Origin: Mesotaenium endlicherianum
Lineage: Eukaryota
Direction: 5' to 3'
Length of the DNA stretch: 64,000 nt
NCBI GenBank assembly: GCA_009602735.1
Contig: WELA01000374.1
Coordinates: forward strand, 104,884 to 168,883
Below the pieces are notes generated by a model. That model ran no database searches. It had not been told where the DNA came from and worked only from the letters and a program-made list of their open reading frames with translations. How positions within the stretch are numbered: position 1 is the first letter of the stretch; each line of letters opens with the position of its first letter. Below are positions 51,766 to 64,000 of this stretch, piece by piece. The position numbers and the translations under genes are program-made.

Positions 51766-54017
51766 ACCCCTTCTTACCATTTGATGAGAAACTTGTGCAT
51801 AGAATGTTTTGCATTAGTATAAATTTTACCTCAGGATGCTGGCACACACTCATTTAGAAAATCAGCAGCTATTGCAACTGCTTACACGTAACACAGGAGT
51901 GTCAGACAGGTTACAAAATGTTGAATGAATTAGGCAGGTGGAAATTTTAAATCAGAGAAAGCTAAAGTAGCACGTAATGTTGACTTGAAGAAGAAGATGT
52001 TAGCTACAGTACAAGCTATTGACCTTCCAATTAAAGGAGCATCACGTGGGACCCTACTCCTATAGTGAACATCATCAAGATTTAGTAAAAAGACAGCTAT
52101 GAAGTAGATACACATACTGCTGACATTGAGCTCCTGCATTGCAAAGGATAAACCAACCAAAATGTAACTGTGCTTGCTAGAATATTAAAGACAATAATTC
52201 AGTTACACACGATTTATTGCTAAGCTCAGCTTCTCCCTCCTTTAATTTTCTTCTGCAAACTCTCCTGCAACCCTCTCTCCCTTTTCCCCTATCTCACGTG
52301 CATCATGTATGCCATTGTGCACTTAATCTCTTATCATCTTTATTCTTAAAACCAAATACTTTTATTTTCAAGTATCTCCTATATATTGTCATATTTGACA
52401 TGTTATTTGATACTATTACATCAGAAGATTTAATTTACCATAAAAATGACTACATATGAATTTTCTTCTATAACATACTCGAAAATAGTTTTCAGCATGG
52501 AGAAAATTGTAATATTAAAATGAAGATTTAACTTGCACTTTTGAAAGAATTTGTTCATTATTTGAGAGTTTGAGAAAAAGGCAGTCACCATGCAGGCGTC
52601 ATTGGCAAGCTTGCCCACAAAAGAATTTTATCTAACTCAGAGGACTAATTTGTTTTCGATCGTATTTTTGAAAATTGATAAGAATCTGCCTAGGATACCT
52701 TTGGCACTATCATGGGGCCCTCAACATGTGCCAAGGCACCGGAGGATGGGACTAGAGTGTATCTGCTCAAAAGTAGTGAAATGGAACAACTACAAGACAC
52801 GATCACTCTTATAAAAGGAACTCTCGGTTTTGCATATTTACATTTGTTGTCCGGAACAAAGCGATAGTAAGGCAAATAGAGTACTCATATAAAGTAATCA
52901 TATCCAAAAACTTTAGCTTTATGCATAGTTATATTTAAAGTTGTTTTAGAATAAGAGAAGAGTTACACATCAGCATGTGTTATCAGCATATGTCATCAAA
53001 TAGAGCTCACGAGTTAAAGATAAAAGTCTTTAGCCTTAGATGATAATAACAAGGGTAATAAAAAAATGATATAGTAACGAGAGAGAAAAGATAGGGAACA
53101 ACAACTCACGTGCACAACCCCTCTTCTTCTCTTTTTAGACTCACTCACCTCCAAAGCACTCCACTTATCTTTCATCACCTTTATTTTAATAAAACCTGTA
53201 CTTCTATCTCTAAGAATCTTCTATCTCTTCATGTTAGACACATTATATTATACTATAACATCAGAAAAGTTATTAACTGTAAGACTGAATATTAGTTTTA
53301 TCTATCATATACTTAAAGATGATTTCAGAAGAGAGAAAATTGCATTATTAAACACAGGGATATTTGTAACCTCCGCCCACAAAAATCAAGAGGAACCAGA
53401 CAGCGAAACTTCTGCGTTGACTTCGTTCATCGCTCGATTTTGATTGTGGTTCGCGAACCGCGTCGATATCGCTTACCGGCAATCGATCTGCAATCGATGC
53501 TCATTACTGGCGCGATGCGCGATCGGTGCACCGACACAGTCCAAGATGGTCGAAGGTGAGCCCAACAATCGCTGGCACGATTAGAAAGGAGTCAGACATG
53601 ATTATATAGTTGTCGTTTTAGGACTTTCTAAGATGGACTTCATTACGGTTGCTTGATGTGCTTTGATGCGCAAGCTCATCAGTGATCGTCTGCTTCTACT
53701 TTTCCAAGGAGCGTCTTACCTCCTCATCTGGAGAAAATGTTAATGGTTTGAGGATAGGTCCTTCAGATTTTTTTTGAGTTGGTTCAGCCATGAGTGCGTC
53801 CTCACAGCTTACGTATATGAGAATATTCTTATGCAGTACGCATGCTACGTGACATTTACTGGAGCTCGAAAATGTGGATGGTTTTAGTCCAAAGATTATG
53901 AGTAATGGGTCACTTTGTCTGTAGCTTAGGTCAGGGGCTGACCTCTTCTGACACGAACGGACAGTTTGACTGTTGAAGCCGCAGTATTTTGTAGGCATTC
54001 AATTATAATAAGGCAGT

Positions 54018-54901
54018 ATGGGAAGCATGTCACGTAAGCGGTCTAGTCCGGAGACGTCTTTGCTTCAGGACAGCGTGAGCGTGGCTAGGTCTTCACCTCA
54101 GCAGTCGACAGCCAGCGCGACGCCTGGCATGTCCGCGCAGGGCATAGCCTCCCAGCTCCTGGAGATGATTAGGGTTCGCACGCAGCAGGAGGCCATGAAA
54201 GCATCGCGTGGGAGCTTCAATTCAGCAGAAACCCCCCCCGGAGAGGACAATCTGGCCGCCCAAACCGACCTTCAGAGAGGATATGCAGGCGTCATTGGCA
54301 AGCCCTCCGATGCAGCACCATCTACGCCCATGTCGAATTTCAATCAGGAAGATCTGAATGACATCTTGCTGGCTGGGGGCTGCAAGCTGCCCTCGACGTC
54401 AAATCACCTGTCAAATCAACCCCATGCCCAGCACCCTGCTGCAGTTTCTAACTACTCTGCAGGAGCAGCAGCTGCTGCTGAGGGGCAGCCTTCTCCTTCT
54501 GCAGAGTACAGTGTGGGCGATGCTGTCAGTTTCGCTTCCCCCCATGCTTATAGCGCCTCCCTGGATGCAGCAGAGGAGGAGCTTCAGGAGTTTCTTTCGA
54601 GACAGGACAACGGTCTGTTGGGGCTGCTGTCGGGCGGTGCTGGGGAGGGCGACCTGGGGGGGGCGGCGCACTACCGGGGGGACGGGTGGGAGGGGGGGGA
54701 GTTTGGCTTGGCGGGAGAGTTTGCAGAGGGCGTGGATGTGAACAGGGTGAACCTGGAGATGGACCACCTGCTGCAAGAGATGAACACATTTCTCCTGCCA
54801 GTGGTGGAGGGGGAGGCGGAGGATATGATGCCACCTGTCGCCTCTGCCGTGCATGCTCCCCAGTGGGAAGGAGGAGGTCATGCATCGCTACTGCAGCAGC
54901 A

Positions 54902-54932
<31 letters not shown>

Positions 54933-55091
54933 GTCTATACTGGTGGTTGTGGTACCTACACATCAGCAGGGGTGGACTGCTTGCCGGTAGGGGTGGGGTT
55001 TGACCCTTCCAGGATGCAGCACGCTGTTCAAACACATCACCATCACCATCTCCCTCATCCTCATCCTCAACACCAGCTCCAGCACCAGCAG

Positions 55092-55130
<39 letters not shown>

Positions 55131-55419
55131 GGTCAGAGGCAGGCTGGCGCCGGGGGAGGGCACAACGCGGGCAGGGGGGCCGCATCAGAGTCCAGCTGTG
55201 GGAGCGGCACCACCGCAGCCGGGGGTGGCGGGGGAATTGGAGGTGGAGGCAGGGGCGGGGATGCTCTCCCTGCGCACGCCTACTTTGGCAACGAGAACGC
55301 GGCCGAGGTCAGGAGCTTGCTAGACGCCATGGCTGTCGCTGTTGCGGAGCAGGGGGGCCATCACGGTGCGTACTATGATGCGCGAGCTCTCCTGCCACAC
55401 CACATGCAGCAGCTCCACC

Positions 55420-55455
<36 letters not shown>

Positions 55456-55896
55456 TGGGAGCGGGAGTGGGAGTGGGAGTGGGAGGGGGGGNNNNNNNNN
55501 NNNNNNNNNNNNNNNNNNNNNNNNNNNNNNNNNNNNNNNNNNNNNNNNNNNNNNNNNNNNNNNNNNNNNNNNNNNNNNNNNNNNNNNNNNNNNNNNNNNN
55601 NNNNNNNNNNNNNNNNNNNNNNNNNNNNNNNNNNNNNNNNNNNNNNNNNNNNNNNNNNNNGGGGAGGGGGAGGGGGAGGGGGAGGAGGAGGGGGGCATGA
55701 CAGGAACCAGCAACTCACTGGTAGTCCCCACAGCCCTCATGGGGGCTACCAGGAGTATCAACATCAGCATCAGAGTCAGCATCAGAGTCAGCATCAGAGT
55801 CGGCTGCTCGATGGCAACCAGCAAGGGCGCGGAAGCAAGCAGGCGCAGCAGCAGCAGCAGCAGCAGCGGCGGCGGCAGCATCACCAGCATCACCAG

Positions 55897-55928
<32 letters not shown>

Positions 55929-56502
55929 CTTCCAGAATGGGAGCGGGGGACCACCCCAGAGCAGCAGCAGCAGCGGAGCGCAATCCAATAGCGGTGACAG
56001 CCCCGAAGGCCTCCTCCGCAGCCGGGGAGGGGCCGCCGAAGGGGGTGGCGCAGGGGCAGGGGCGGGGGCTGGGGAAGAGGGAGGGGCTGGAGGAGGCGGC
56101 GATGGAGATGGAGGAAGAGGGTGCGGAAGAGGGGGAGGGACAGAGGGCACGCATGTGCTTGGGGGGCTACACGGGGGGACACACGGGGGGGCACACAGCG
56201 AGGGGGGAGGCGGGCAGGGCAGGGGCAGGGGCGCGGAGGAGGAGGCGGCGGGGGTGCCGGAAGAGCTGCGGATGGACGTGCCCTTCCGGCCGGCGGCCAA
56301 CGAGATGGAGCAGATGCTGATGCATTGCGCGGGCGCGGTGGAGGGCGGCAACCTGCAGGCGGCGCACCGGATCATGCGCACGCTGACGGCCATGGTGTCG
56401 CCACATGGCACCGCGGGGCAGCGCATGGCGTACTACTTCCTGGAGGGGCTGGCCGCGCGCATCATCGGCACGGGCTCCGCCATCTACCAGGTGGGCCCCC
56501 GC

Positions 56503-56536
<34 letters not shown>

Positions 56537-59500
56537 TTGGTGGTGGTGTTGCTGGTGCTGCAGATGGTGCTGGTGCTGGTGCTGCTGGTGGGAGTGGTGC
56601 AGCTGCGGCCGTGGCTGTGGCTTCTGGTGCTGGTGCTGGTGCTGGTCCTGCTGCGGCTGCGGGTGTTGCGTCCACGGCTATCTCGCTGTCTGTGTGTGTG
56701 CGCACATGTGCATGTCTCTGTGTCTGTGTCTCGCTGTGTGTGTTTGTTTGTGTGTCCGTGCATGGGTGTGTGCGAGTGTGCGTGTGTGCACGTGCGTGTG
56801 TGCGTGGGTATATATGTGTCTGTATGTGTGTGGGTGTGTGGGTGTGTGCCTGTGTGCGTGTGCACACACGCACACAGGTAGCTAGCGGCTCAGGCAGCGG
56901 CCTGACCATGGCCGGGAGGTAATGTGTGTGCACCCCCAGCTTCAGGGCTGCGTGTGCTTCCTCCTTCAAGTGTGTGTCTTCTGAACCAGTACACTCACCT
57001 TCTGTTACTGCGTGCGTGATCGTGCGGTGTGTGCGTGTGCGGGTGCCGGGGGGGGGGAGCGGGGGGAGCCGGAGCGTGCGCAGGCCCTGCAGAGCAAGAC
57101 AGGTGGCGGCTCGGGGCCCGCTAGCAAGGACATGCTGAAGGCGCTGCTGGCGTTCCTGGAGGCGTGCCCCTACGGCAACTTTGGCCACGTGGCGGCCAAC
57201 GCCGCCATTCTGGAGGCTTTCGAGGGCGAGGCGCGCGTCCACATCATCGACTTCGGCATCACGCATGGCACGCAGTGGCCCACTCTGATTGAGGCGCTGG
57301 CGGAGCGGCCGGGCGGTCCCCCCCACGTGCGCATCACGGGCATCGACGCGCCGCAGACGGGCCTCAAGCCGTCGAGCATGCAGGTGTGCGTGCGTGTGTG
57401 CGTGCGTGTGTGTTTTTGCGGGGGGAGGGGGATTCGTGTGGTGGAGGGGGTTGCGAGCATGCGCGTGCGCGTGCGCATGCGCTTTGCATGAGGGCGCATG
57501 GGCGTGCATGTGCACGCAGTGAGTGTGTGCGCACGAGTGTGCGTGTGCTTGCCCCAGTTTGTGCATGTGGGTGTCGTGTGTTTGCGTGTGTGCATATGTT
57601 GTGGGTGCCTGTGCCTGTGCCTGTGCATGTGCAATGTGCACGTGTGGACGTGCGCGCGTGCGCGCGTGCGTGTGCACGTGCCTGTCTATGTGCGTGTGCG
57701 TCTGTGCGCCTGCACCTGTGTGCATACGTACATGCGCGCGTGCACGCGTGCGTGCGTGTGTGCATCCATGTGGGTGTGGTCCACATGAACATGTGTGCCT
57801 AATTCATAACGGGAGGTCTTTACAGCACGCGCATTTTGTGAAAGGGGTAGTCAGAGCCGCACCTGCTGGGAGTGTGGCCCCAGTATTATGAACTCTATAT
57901 ATGTGTATGTGTGCATCTGTGCATCTTGTTCCAGTATCTGACGTGTCCTTTCAAACACATACAGCGGAAAGCAGTAGACACCCCCCAAAAAACGGTAAAG
58001 CGAGCGTGAGGGAGGGATACAGAGAGCTTCAGACTGTATGTGTGCGTGTGTGCGTGCTTGTGCGTGAGAGGGAGCGGGAAGTGAGAGCAGGAAAGAGCAG
58101 CAGCAGCAGCAGCAAGCAAGGCAGAGGCAAAGTCTAGACAACGGCGGTGACTCTTCCGTGTCCTTAGCAAGGGCCTCTTTTGGTTGGGCGGGTGTGTGCG
58201 TGTGTGCGTGGGTGCGTGCGGTGTGTGTGTGCATGCGCGGTGTGCGTGTGCATGTGCGCGGGTGGGTGGGTGCATGGCTGCGTACGTCCTTGGGGGGGTG
58301 CATGCTCGAATGCGTGCTTGCGTTTGTGGTGGAGGTGGGGAATGCGTGTGCTCATGGGTGGGGCTTGGAGGTGGGGGTGGGGTGGGGGGGGTGCGCTTGC
58401 TCGTTCGCTTGCTCGCTTGCTTGGCGCATGCTGGGGGCCACCACGTGGCAGGAGACCGGGCGGCGGCTGACGAGCTTCTCCAAGGCGATGGGCGTGCCCT
58501 TTGAGTTTGCGGCCGTCACGGAGCGCCTCGAGAATCTGAGCATCGATCAGTTTGATCTGCGGCCGGGGGAGACCCTGGCGGTGAACTGCGTGCTGCGGCT
58601 GCACCAGCTGCCCGGCGACAGCCTGGAGCTCCACATGGCGAGCCCGCGCAACGCCACCCTGGAAGTGCTGCACTCGATGAACCCCCGCCTCGTTGTGCTC
58701 GTCGAGCAGGTGCGGGCGCCGCCGCCTGTGCTAGTGAGAGCGAGGGGGAGGAGGGAGGGGGGGAGGGAGAAAAGTGGGGGGCGAAGAGGNNNNNNNNNNN
58801 NNNNNNNNNNNNNNNNNNNNNNNNNNNGGGGTTTGGGGCGGGGGGGGAGAGAGGTGGAGCGGGGAAAGAGGGAGAGAGAGTGCAGGCTGATGGATTTGTG
58901 CAATTTAAGTCTTCTCCATTGCTCTGCAGGCTGGCCGCTCGCTGCTGCAATCTCGCGCTGGGGCGCAGCACGCCCTGGCCCCACTTGTCCTATCCCTGCT
59001 CCTCCTCCCAACACGACACACGCTTTATGGGCCGCCCTGTTGCACTGCTTGGCGCTACTTGGCATCCTCAGTGCTCGCGCCGGTTTTGTTTCCTTTCCTT
59101 CAGGGATTATACCCTGGCTGATCGTTTCCTCGGGCGTTTGAGGTCCGGCATTGAGGGTTCAGTTAGGTTTGCAATCTCAGACTCAGGGTTGTCATTAGGG
59201 TTAGGCTTTCATCTTGGTTTGAAGTTATTAGTTAGTGTGGGGGCGGGGTTGCAAGTAGCTTCTCCCGGGTGTCACCTGCCACCTGCCACCTGCCACCTGC
59301 CACCTGTCACCTGTCATCTACTGTCTACCGTTTGCCCCATCCTGCCACCTGTAGTCTTGCCATTTCTTACTTTCTCATCATCTGCACGAAGCACGGCCCT
59401 GCATCGTGCACGGACACACAGCCCCAAAATGACCAAGATACTTGGGCTGACTCGCCTGCGATGTTTGCATCTGCACTTGCCCCCGTGCACTTGCGCGCGC

Positions 59501-61179
59501 GCGCGTGCTTGCATTCCCCCTTCCCCCCGCCCCTCCCGCCGCCGCGCGGCGTACTCACGCTTGAGCCGCAGCAATTTGCGCGCTCCTCCTTCTTTGAGCC
59601 TGGGCTCGCACGCGCGCTCTCTCTCGGTTGTGCCGCGGCGCACGTTCGCGCGCTCTTGGATCATGCCTTGACGTGTGCGCACGCTCTCGTTTCTGCGTAT
59701 GCGCATGAGCAGCACACGGACCACGGCCCGTGCGTGCGCTTGCTTTTGCACGCGCGCTTGCTTGTGCCTCAACTCTTTCGCTTGCGCGCTCGCTCGTGCG
59801 CGTGTGCGCGGGCTCTCTCGCTCTCCTGCTCGGGCCTGGACGTGTTCCAGCTTGCGCGCGCACACGCACGCCTGCGCGCTCGCTCGCTCGCTCTCTTGCT
59901 CACTTCCTCACTTGCTCACTCGTGTGCGCTTGCTCGCTTGTGTGCGCGTGTGCGCTGGCGTGTGGGCGGGCGGGCCAATGAGTGAGTGAGCAGCACACGG
60001 AGCACAACCTGCCGTCGTTCCAGTCGCGCTTCCGGGAGGCCCTGCACTATTTCAGCGCGCTCTTCGAGTCGCTGGATGCGGCGCTGCCCTGGCACAGCAC
60101 GGAGCGCGTGCTCATTGAGGAGCGCGTGCTGGGCCGCAAGATCGTCAACATTGTGGCGTGCGAGGGCGGGGACCGCGTGGAGCGCCACGAGAGCCTCGCC
60201 AGGTGGCGCTACCGCATGATGCGCGTGGGCTTCGAGGGGCAGCCCTTCAGCGCCGAGGTCATCGGCAGCCTCATGGTGTGTGCGTGCGTGCGTGCGCGTC
60301 TCCAAGCGGGCGAGCGAGTTGGCGAGCGAGCGTTCCCGGGGGGGGGGAGCGCGCGGCGTGCGAGCGCATGCAAAAGGACGTGAGACCCCCGTGCAGCGCG
60401 TGCGAGCGGGCGAGGGAGCGTGCGTGGGAGCGGGCGAGGGAGCGCGCGTATGAGTGGGTGAGGGAGCGCATGCGGGCCTGGGAGGGAGGGAGGGTGCAAC
60501 GAAGGGAGCACGTGCGTGTAAGCGCATGCAAGCGGGAGGGGGTGCGCGTGCGGGCCCGGGAGAGTGCGAGCGAGGGGGCGATGGCACGGGCGTGCGAACG
60601 CAGGGCAGCGAGCAAGGAAGCGTGCTTGCAAGCACATGCGTGGGAGGGAGAGTGTGTGCGAGCGGGTGAGGGAGAGTGCGCGCAAACGGATGCAAACGGG
60701 CGGGGGGGCGGGGGAGCATGCGTGCAAGTGCATGCAAGCGGCTGGAGGAGCATGCCTGGAAGTGCATGCAAGCGAGCAAGGGAGCATGCGAGCGAGGGAA
60801 AGCTTGTGCGACGATGTGCGAGCGAGTGAGGAGGAGCACAGAGAAGCGCATCCAACCGAGCAAGATAGGGAGCGTGCGTGCGTGCGAGCAGGAAAACGAG
60901 CGCATGCGAGCAACGGGCGTTCACGCGCACGCTCTGCCGCCGCCGAGCTCCTGCTGCTGCCATGCTCTCAGCCTCCTTTTCACCGGCACTGCACTTCTAC
61001 GGTCTGGACTGGGGTGTCATGTCTGAGGTGTGCTGCGAGTTGCGGGTCACCCCAAGCGTGGGGTGCTGTGATGTCGGAGTGCTGGCGGGAGCTCCGGAGG
61101 CTGACGTTGTTAAGTGATGAAAGAAATTAGTAGCTTCTGTGCCGGCAATAACTGCTATGGGAGTTTTGGACTCTTTCCC

Positions 61180-61218
<39 letters not shown>

Positions 61219-61732
61219 NNNNNNNNNNNNNNNNNNNNNNNNNNNNNNNNNNNNNNNNNNNNNNNNNNNNNNNNNNNNNNNNNNNNNNNNNNNNNNNNNN
61301 NNNNNNNNNNNNNNNNNNNNNNNNNNNNCCCCCTGCCGCCGCCGCTGCCACCCTTCTTCTCTTGCTCTCTTCTAGGATGTGTGTGTGTGTGTGTGTGTGT
61401 TGTGCGCGCACGTGTGCATGTGTTGTGCGCGTAGGTATGTGTGTGTGTGTGTCCACGTGCACGTGCACCTGTGGGCGCGCATGTACTTGCCGAGTGGGGT
61501 GTGTGTATGATTTCTGGTCCCGATGTCTCACCGATGAGGTTGTGGCCAATCATACTCTAACTGATCACGCGCCTTTCGCGCACGCCCTTCCTTTGCCTCA
61601 TCGTTCCTGCAGACGCTGCTGAAGCGCTACCAGGAGGGGTATGCGCTGGCAGAATACGAGAGCGCCATCCTCCTCCTGTGGAGGGGCCAGCCCTTGCTCG
61701 CTGCCTCCAGCTGGCGCGTGCAGGGCCCTTGA
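54018..61732 (+). CDS. GRAS-family transcription factor (PAT1-like with SHR-like features), long polyQ/His/Gly N-terminus. Exons 54018-56490 (spans a gap), 57084-57383, 58452-58709, 59994-60275, 61613-61732
   Basis: LHRI (LMHCAGAV...[14 protein letters not shown]), [42 protein letters not shown] ([18 protein letters not shown]), PFYRE ([12 protein letters not shown]...LVEQ...[17 protein letters not shown]) and SAW ([17 protein letters not shown]...W...[14 protein letters not shown]). Four phase-0 GT-AG introns. Confidence 0.95.
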
Positions 61733-62572
61733 TTGGAGTTTAGTGTACGCTAAACTTGGCAGTACTTGCCGACCAATGTTCCCCTTCCCCTATGTATTCT
61801 TGGTCCAGCAGTTGGATGGTTTCACAAGGGTGTACGGTCCATGGATTGGATATGTGGAGTGATATGGGGATATATGGAGAGATTTATGAAGAGATTCTCT
61901 GTGCTTCTCCTGTGGGTACGTAGTAGTACTACTCTAATTTGCTCGTTACCTGCGAGCTCAAACTCCTGCTTATCAGATTTGAGTTTCCTAGCCTAGCTAG
62001 CTATCAGTCTGAAGTTCTGGACGGTGCATTCTGGTTGCGCCACATGGCTTAGTAGCCCCCTCCCTTATGGCCATGGTGAAAAGATTTGTTCATGTAAAAT
62101 GAGGACAATTGTACCAATTTAGTAGGAACACTATTGATAGGAATAATGTGCGGGAGAGGTTTGCCAGATGCCGTAGGCGGGCCCCACATATGGTCTACTT
62201 CCTCCTCCTCTACCCGCAGGGCGGGAATTATAGGGTGAAGTGGGAACAGTAGGGAACAGTGGGAATGAAATGAATAATGATGTAAACTTAGCGCAGGAGA
62301 CTTTTGTTTGCTCGCCGCTATAGGATATGGAGTCATTCGCGCACCAGGCCATATCTATGCCGCCAACCCAAATTGAGCTATGTAGGGCAATTATGTGTAA
62401 GTGAGAGTCAACCCAAAGGCATTCATCTACTTTTTTGGATCCCTGGTGTGTTAATCTTGGCTCTGCCTTCGCCTTGACAAGCACAGAGCAGATCGGTGAT
62501 ACTGCCGTGATCACCTGCTTGTTTACAAGCTTTCTAAAAGAAATTCTTCTCATTATCATCAAAACATAAGCC

Positions 62573-62670
62573 ATGAATACATATGCAATTGTTGAGGCTG
62601 GAGGCGAGCAGATTCGAGTAGAAGCAGGACGCTTTTATGACGTACGTAACTTGAGTAATGTCAAAAATCT
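62573..62670 (+). pseudogene. rpl21: Nuclear plastid DNA insertion (NUPT): 5' fragment of plastid ribosomal protein bL21
   Basis: Encodes [27 protein letters not shown], matching the YAIIExGGxQxRVExGRFY N-terminus of plastid-encoded Rpl21. AT-rich codons; similarity then lost, stop at 62717-62719; no transit peptide. Confidence 0.8.
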
Positions 62671-63665
62671 TTGCAGTGCAGATGCAATAGTAATTACAGA
62701 GTGCATGCTGAGTTGTTGACTGCAGACACCAGATCCTGCAAGTACACAAGACCGTACAATCGAGAAACTTACAGTTGATATATACTTCTATAGAGACTTA
62801 CCTGTATTTGTTTTACACAATGTACATAAAAGCCAAAAAACAGACTGCAGGTAGCTCCCTGTTTGTTGTCCCTGTCCCCGTTGGTTTTTTTCTTTTGGAA
62901 AACCCAGCGGTAGCTTGGCGCTGTTCGTATCAGGAAGCTCTTCTTTTATATATAGCGGAAGTGTACGAGCATACCTACGTCATGCACGTGAAGAGTGTGA
63001 TTACACAAGGGAAAACAATGCTTGAACCGCTACCAATCGTGGTGACAAGACATTGTTGGGCACTATGTTTTTTCTGGTCACACTGCACATTCATGTTCAG
63101 TGAGGTTACTCATGCAAAAATCATGGTAAGCAAAAGGTAGTAAGATTACTGGGTGACAATCCACCAAAATAACTTGGAAATTTACCTATAATACACTCTC
63201 TCATTACATTGTCAAAATATGCCGAGTCAAAATCTGCCGCAATAGTTCTCTATGAGCCCTCTCCAGTAGGGTGACAATGAGAGAGCATCTCACCATCAAC
63301 AGCTACTCTTCTACAAAAAGGTAGCCTCCGGCAGTATCATTATGCAAAAGCTATCCATCTGTTGGCGACTGCTGATCCTCAGGATATAAAGAGGCAACAG
63401 AAACAAAAAAACATAATATATGCAAAATGTCATCCAAAAATGGCTGGCAAGATTGCCACAAAAAGAAGAGCTTTGCCTCGCCGACCTGCCCCACCCCACG
63501 TGGAGAAACTCCCTTTCTCCGTCGACTCCGAAGCAGGACAGGCCACACCTGTCGCACTCTCACTTGCTCGCTCTCTTGCTTCATTGCTCACTCTCTATCT
63601 CACTTGCTCACTTGCTCGCTCTCTGTCTCGCTTGCTTGTTCGCTAGCTCAAAGGGCGTTAGTATC

Positions 63666-63868
63666 TCAAATGCGGGCTCCCGCCTGAGCGGGAGGCTGGC
63701 CCTCGAGTGCGCGGTACTCGTCGGCCTTGGACCACGGCCACCTCTTGCCCTCGGCGCGCGCCTTCTTCACGAAGTAGAGGAAGAGGGCGGCGAGGGCGGC
63801 GAGGATGACGAGGACCAGCACAATGACGAGGATGGTGGACCAGATGGAGGAGCCGCCGCCGCCAGAAA
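63666..63868 (-). CDS. Terminal exon of a probable single-pass membrane protein (gene extends beyond window)
   Basis: After a TGCAG acceptor: SGGGGSSIWSTILVIVLVLVILAALAALFLYFVKKARAEGKRWPWSKADEYRALEGQPPAQAGARI*. This gives a TM helix, a basic stop-transfer segment and a short tail; GC-rich third positions like other exons. Confidence 0.7.
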
Positions 63869-64000
63869 CTGCACAATCCGAGTGGCGTCATACGGCAGCT
63901 GTCAGCCAACCAACGGCGCACATGTGCAGCTCATATCTGCTGCCGGCGTCATTCAATGGGACGTTAACTTTTGCTACCTTGAATCTGGATAACTGAAAAA

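Noticed and set aside
62131..62574. 147-aa minus-strand ORF
   Set aside because: No recognisable domain, atypical codon usage, and it overlaps the NUPT leader.
5525..62670. Two 'L21' genes in one window
   Set aside because: eL21 and plastid bL21 are non-homologous; the shared name is a coincidence.
137..64000. Hundreds of ORFs rich in HTHT, CVCV, RERE, LSLS or X runs
   Set aside because: They are translations of intronic microsatellites and N gaps, not proteins.

Overview
Eukaryotic, intron-rich, microsatellite-rich nuclear DNA from a draft assembly with many N gaps. It is probably a streptophyte green alga. This is inferred from plant-type PAA2, carrier and GRAS genes, GC-rich exons and a plastid-type rpl21 fragment; a zygnematophycean alga would fit but is unverified. 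Most long ORFs in the six-frame track are microsatellite noise, so gene models were built by hand from splice sites. The genes are: a KH-domain RNA-binding protein (-, partial), cytosolic RPL21/eL21 (+), an 18-exon plastid Cu-ATPase PAA2/HMA8 (-), a mitochondrial-carrier protein with a long N-extension (-), a DUF21/CNNM-type membrane protein with no visible CBS pair and a ~1000-aa disordered tail (+), a 5-exon PAT1/SHR-like GRAS transcription factor (+), and the last exon of a type-I membrane protein (-). Non-genic elements are a complete TRIM retrotransposon with a hAT MITE nested in its 5' LTR, a solo LTR of the same family, a plastid rpl21 NUPT, and a Raf/EDR1-like kinase fragment inside a PAA2 intron (probably a chimeric gap-fill). 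The most unusual pattern is that five genes carry decayed 'shadow' copies of exon ends, often with their splice sites, in the neighbouring intron.
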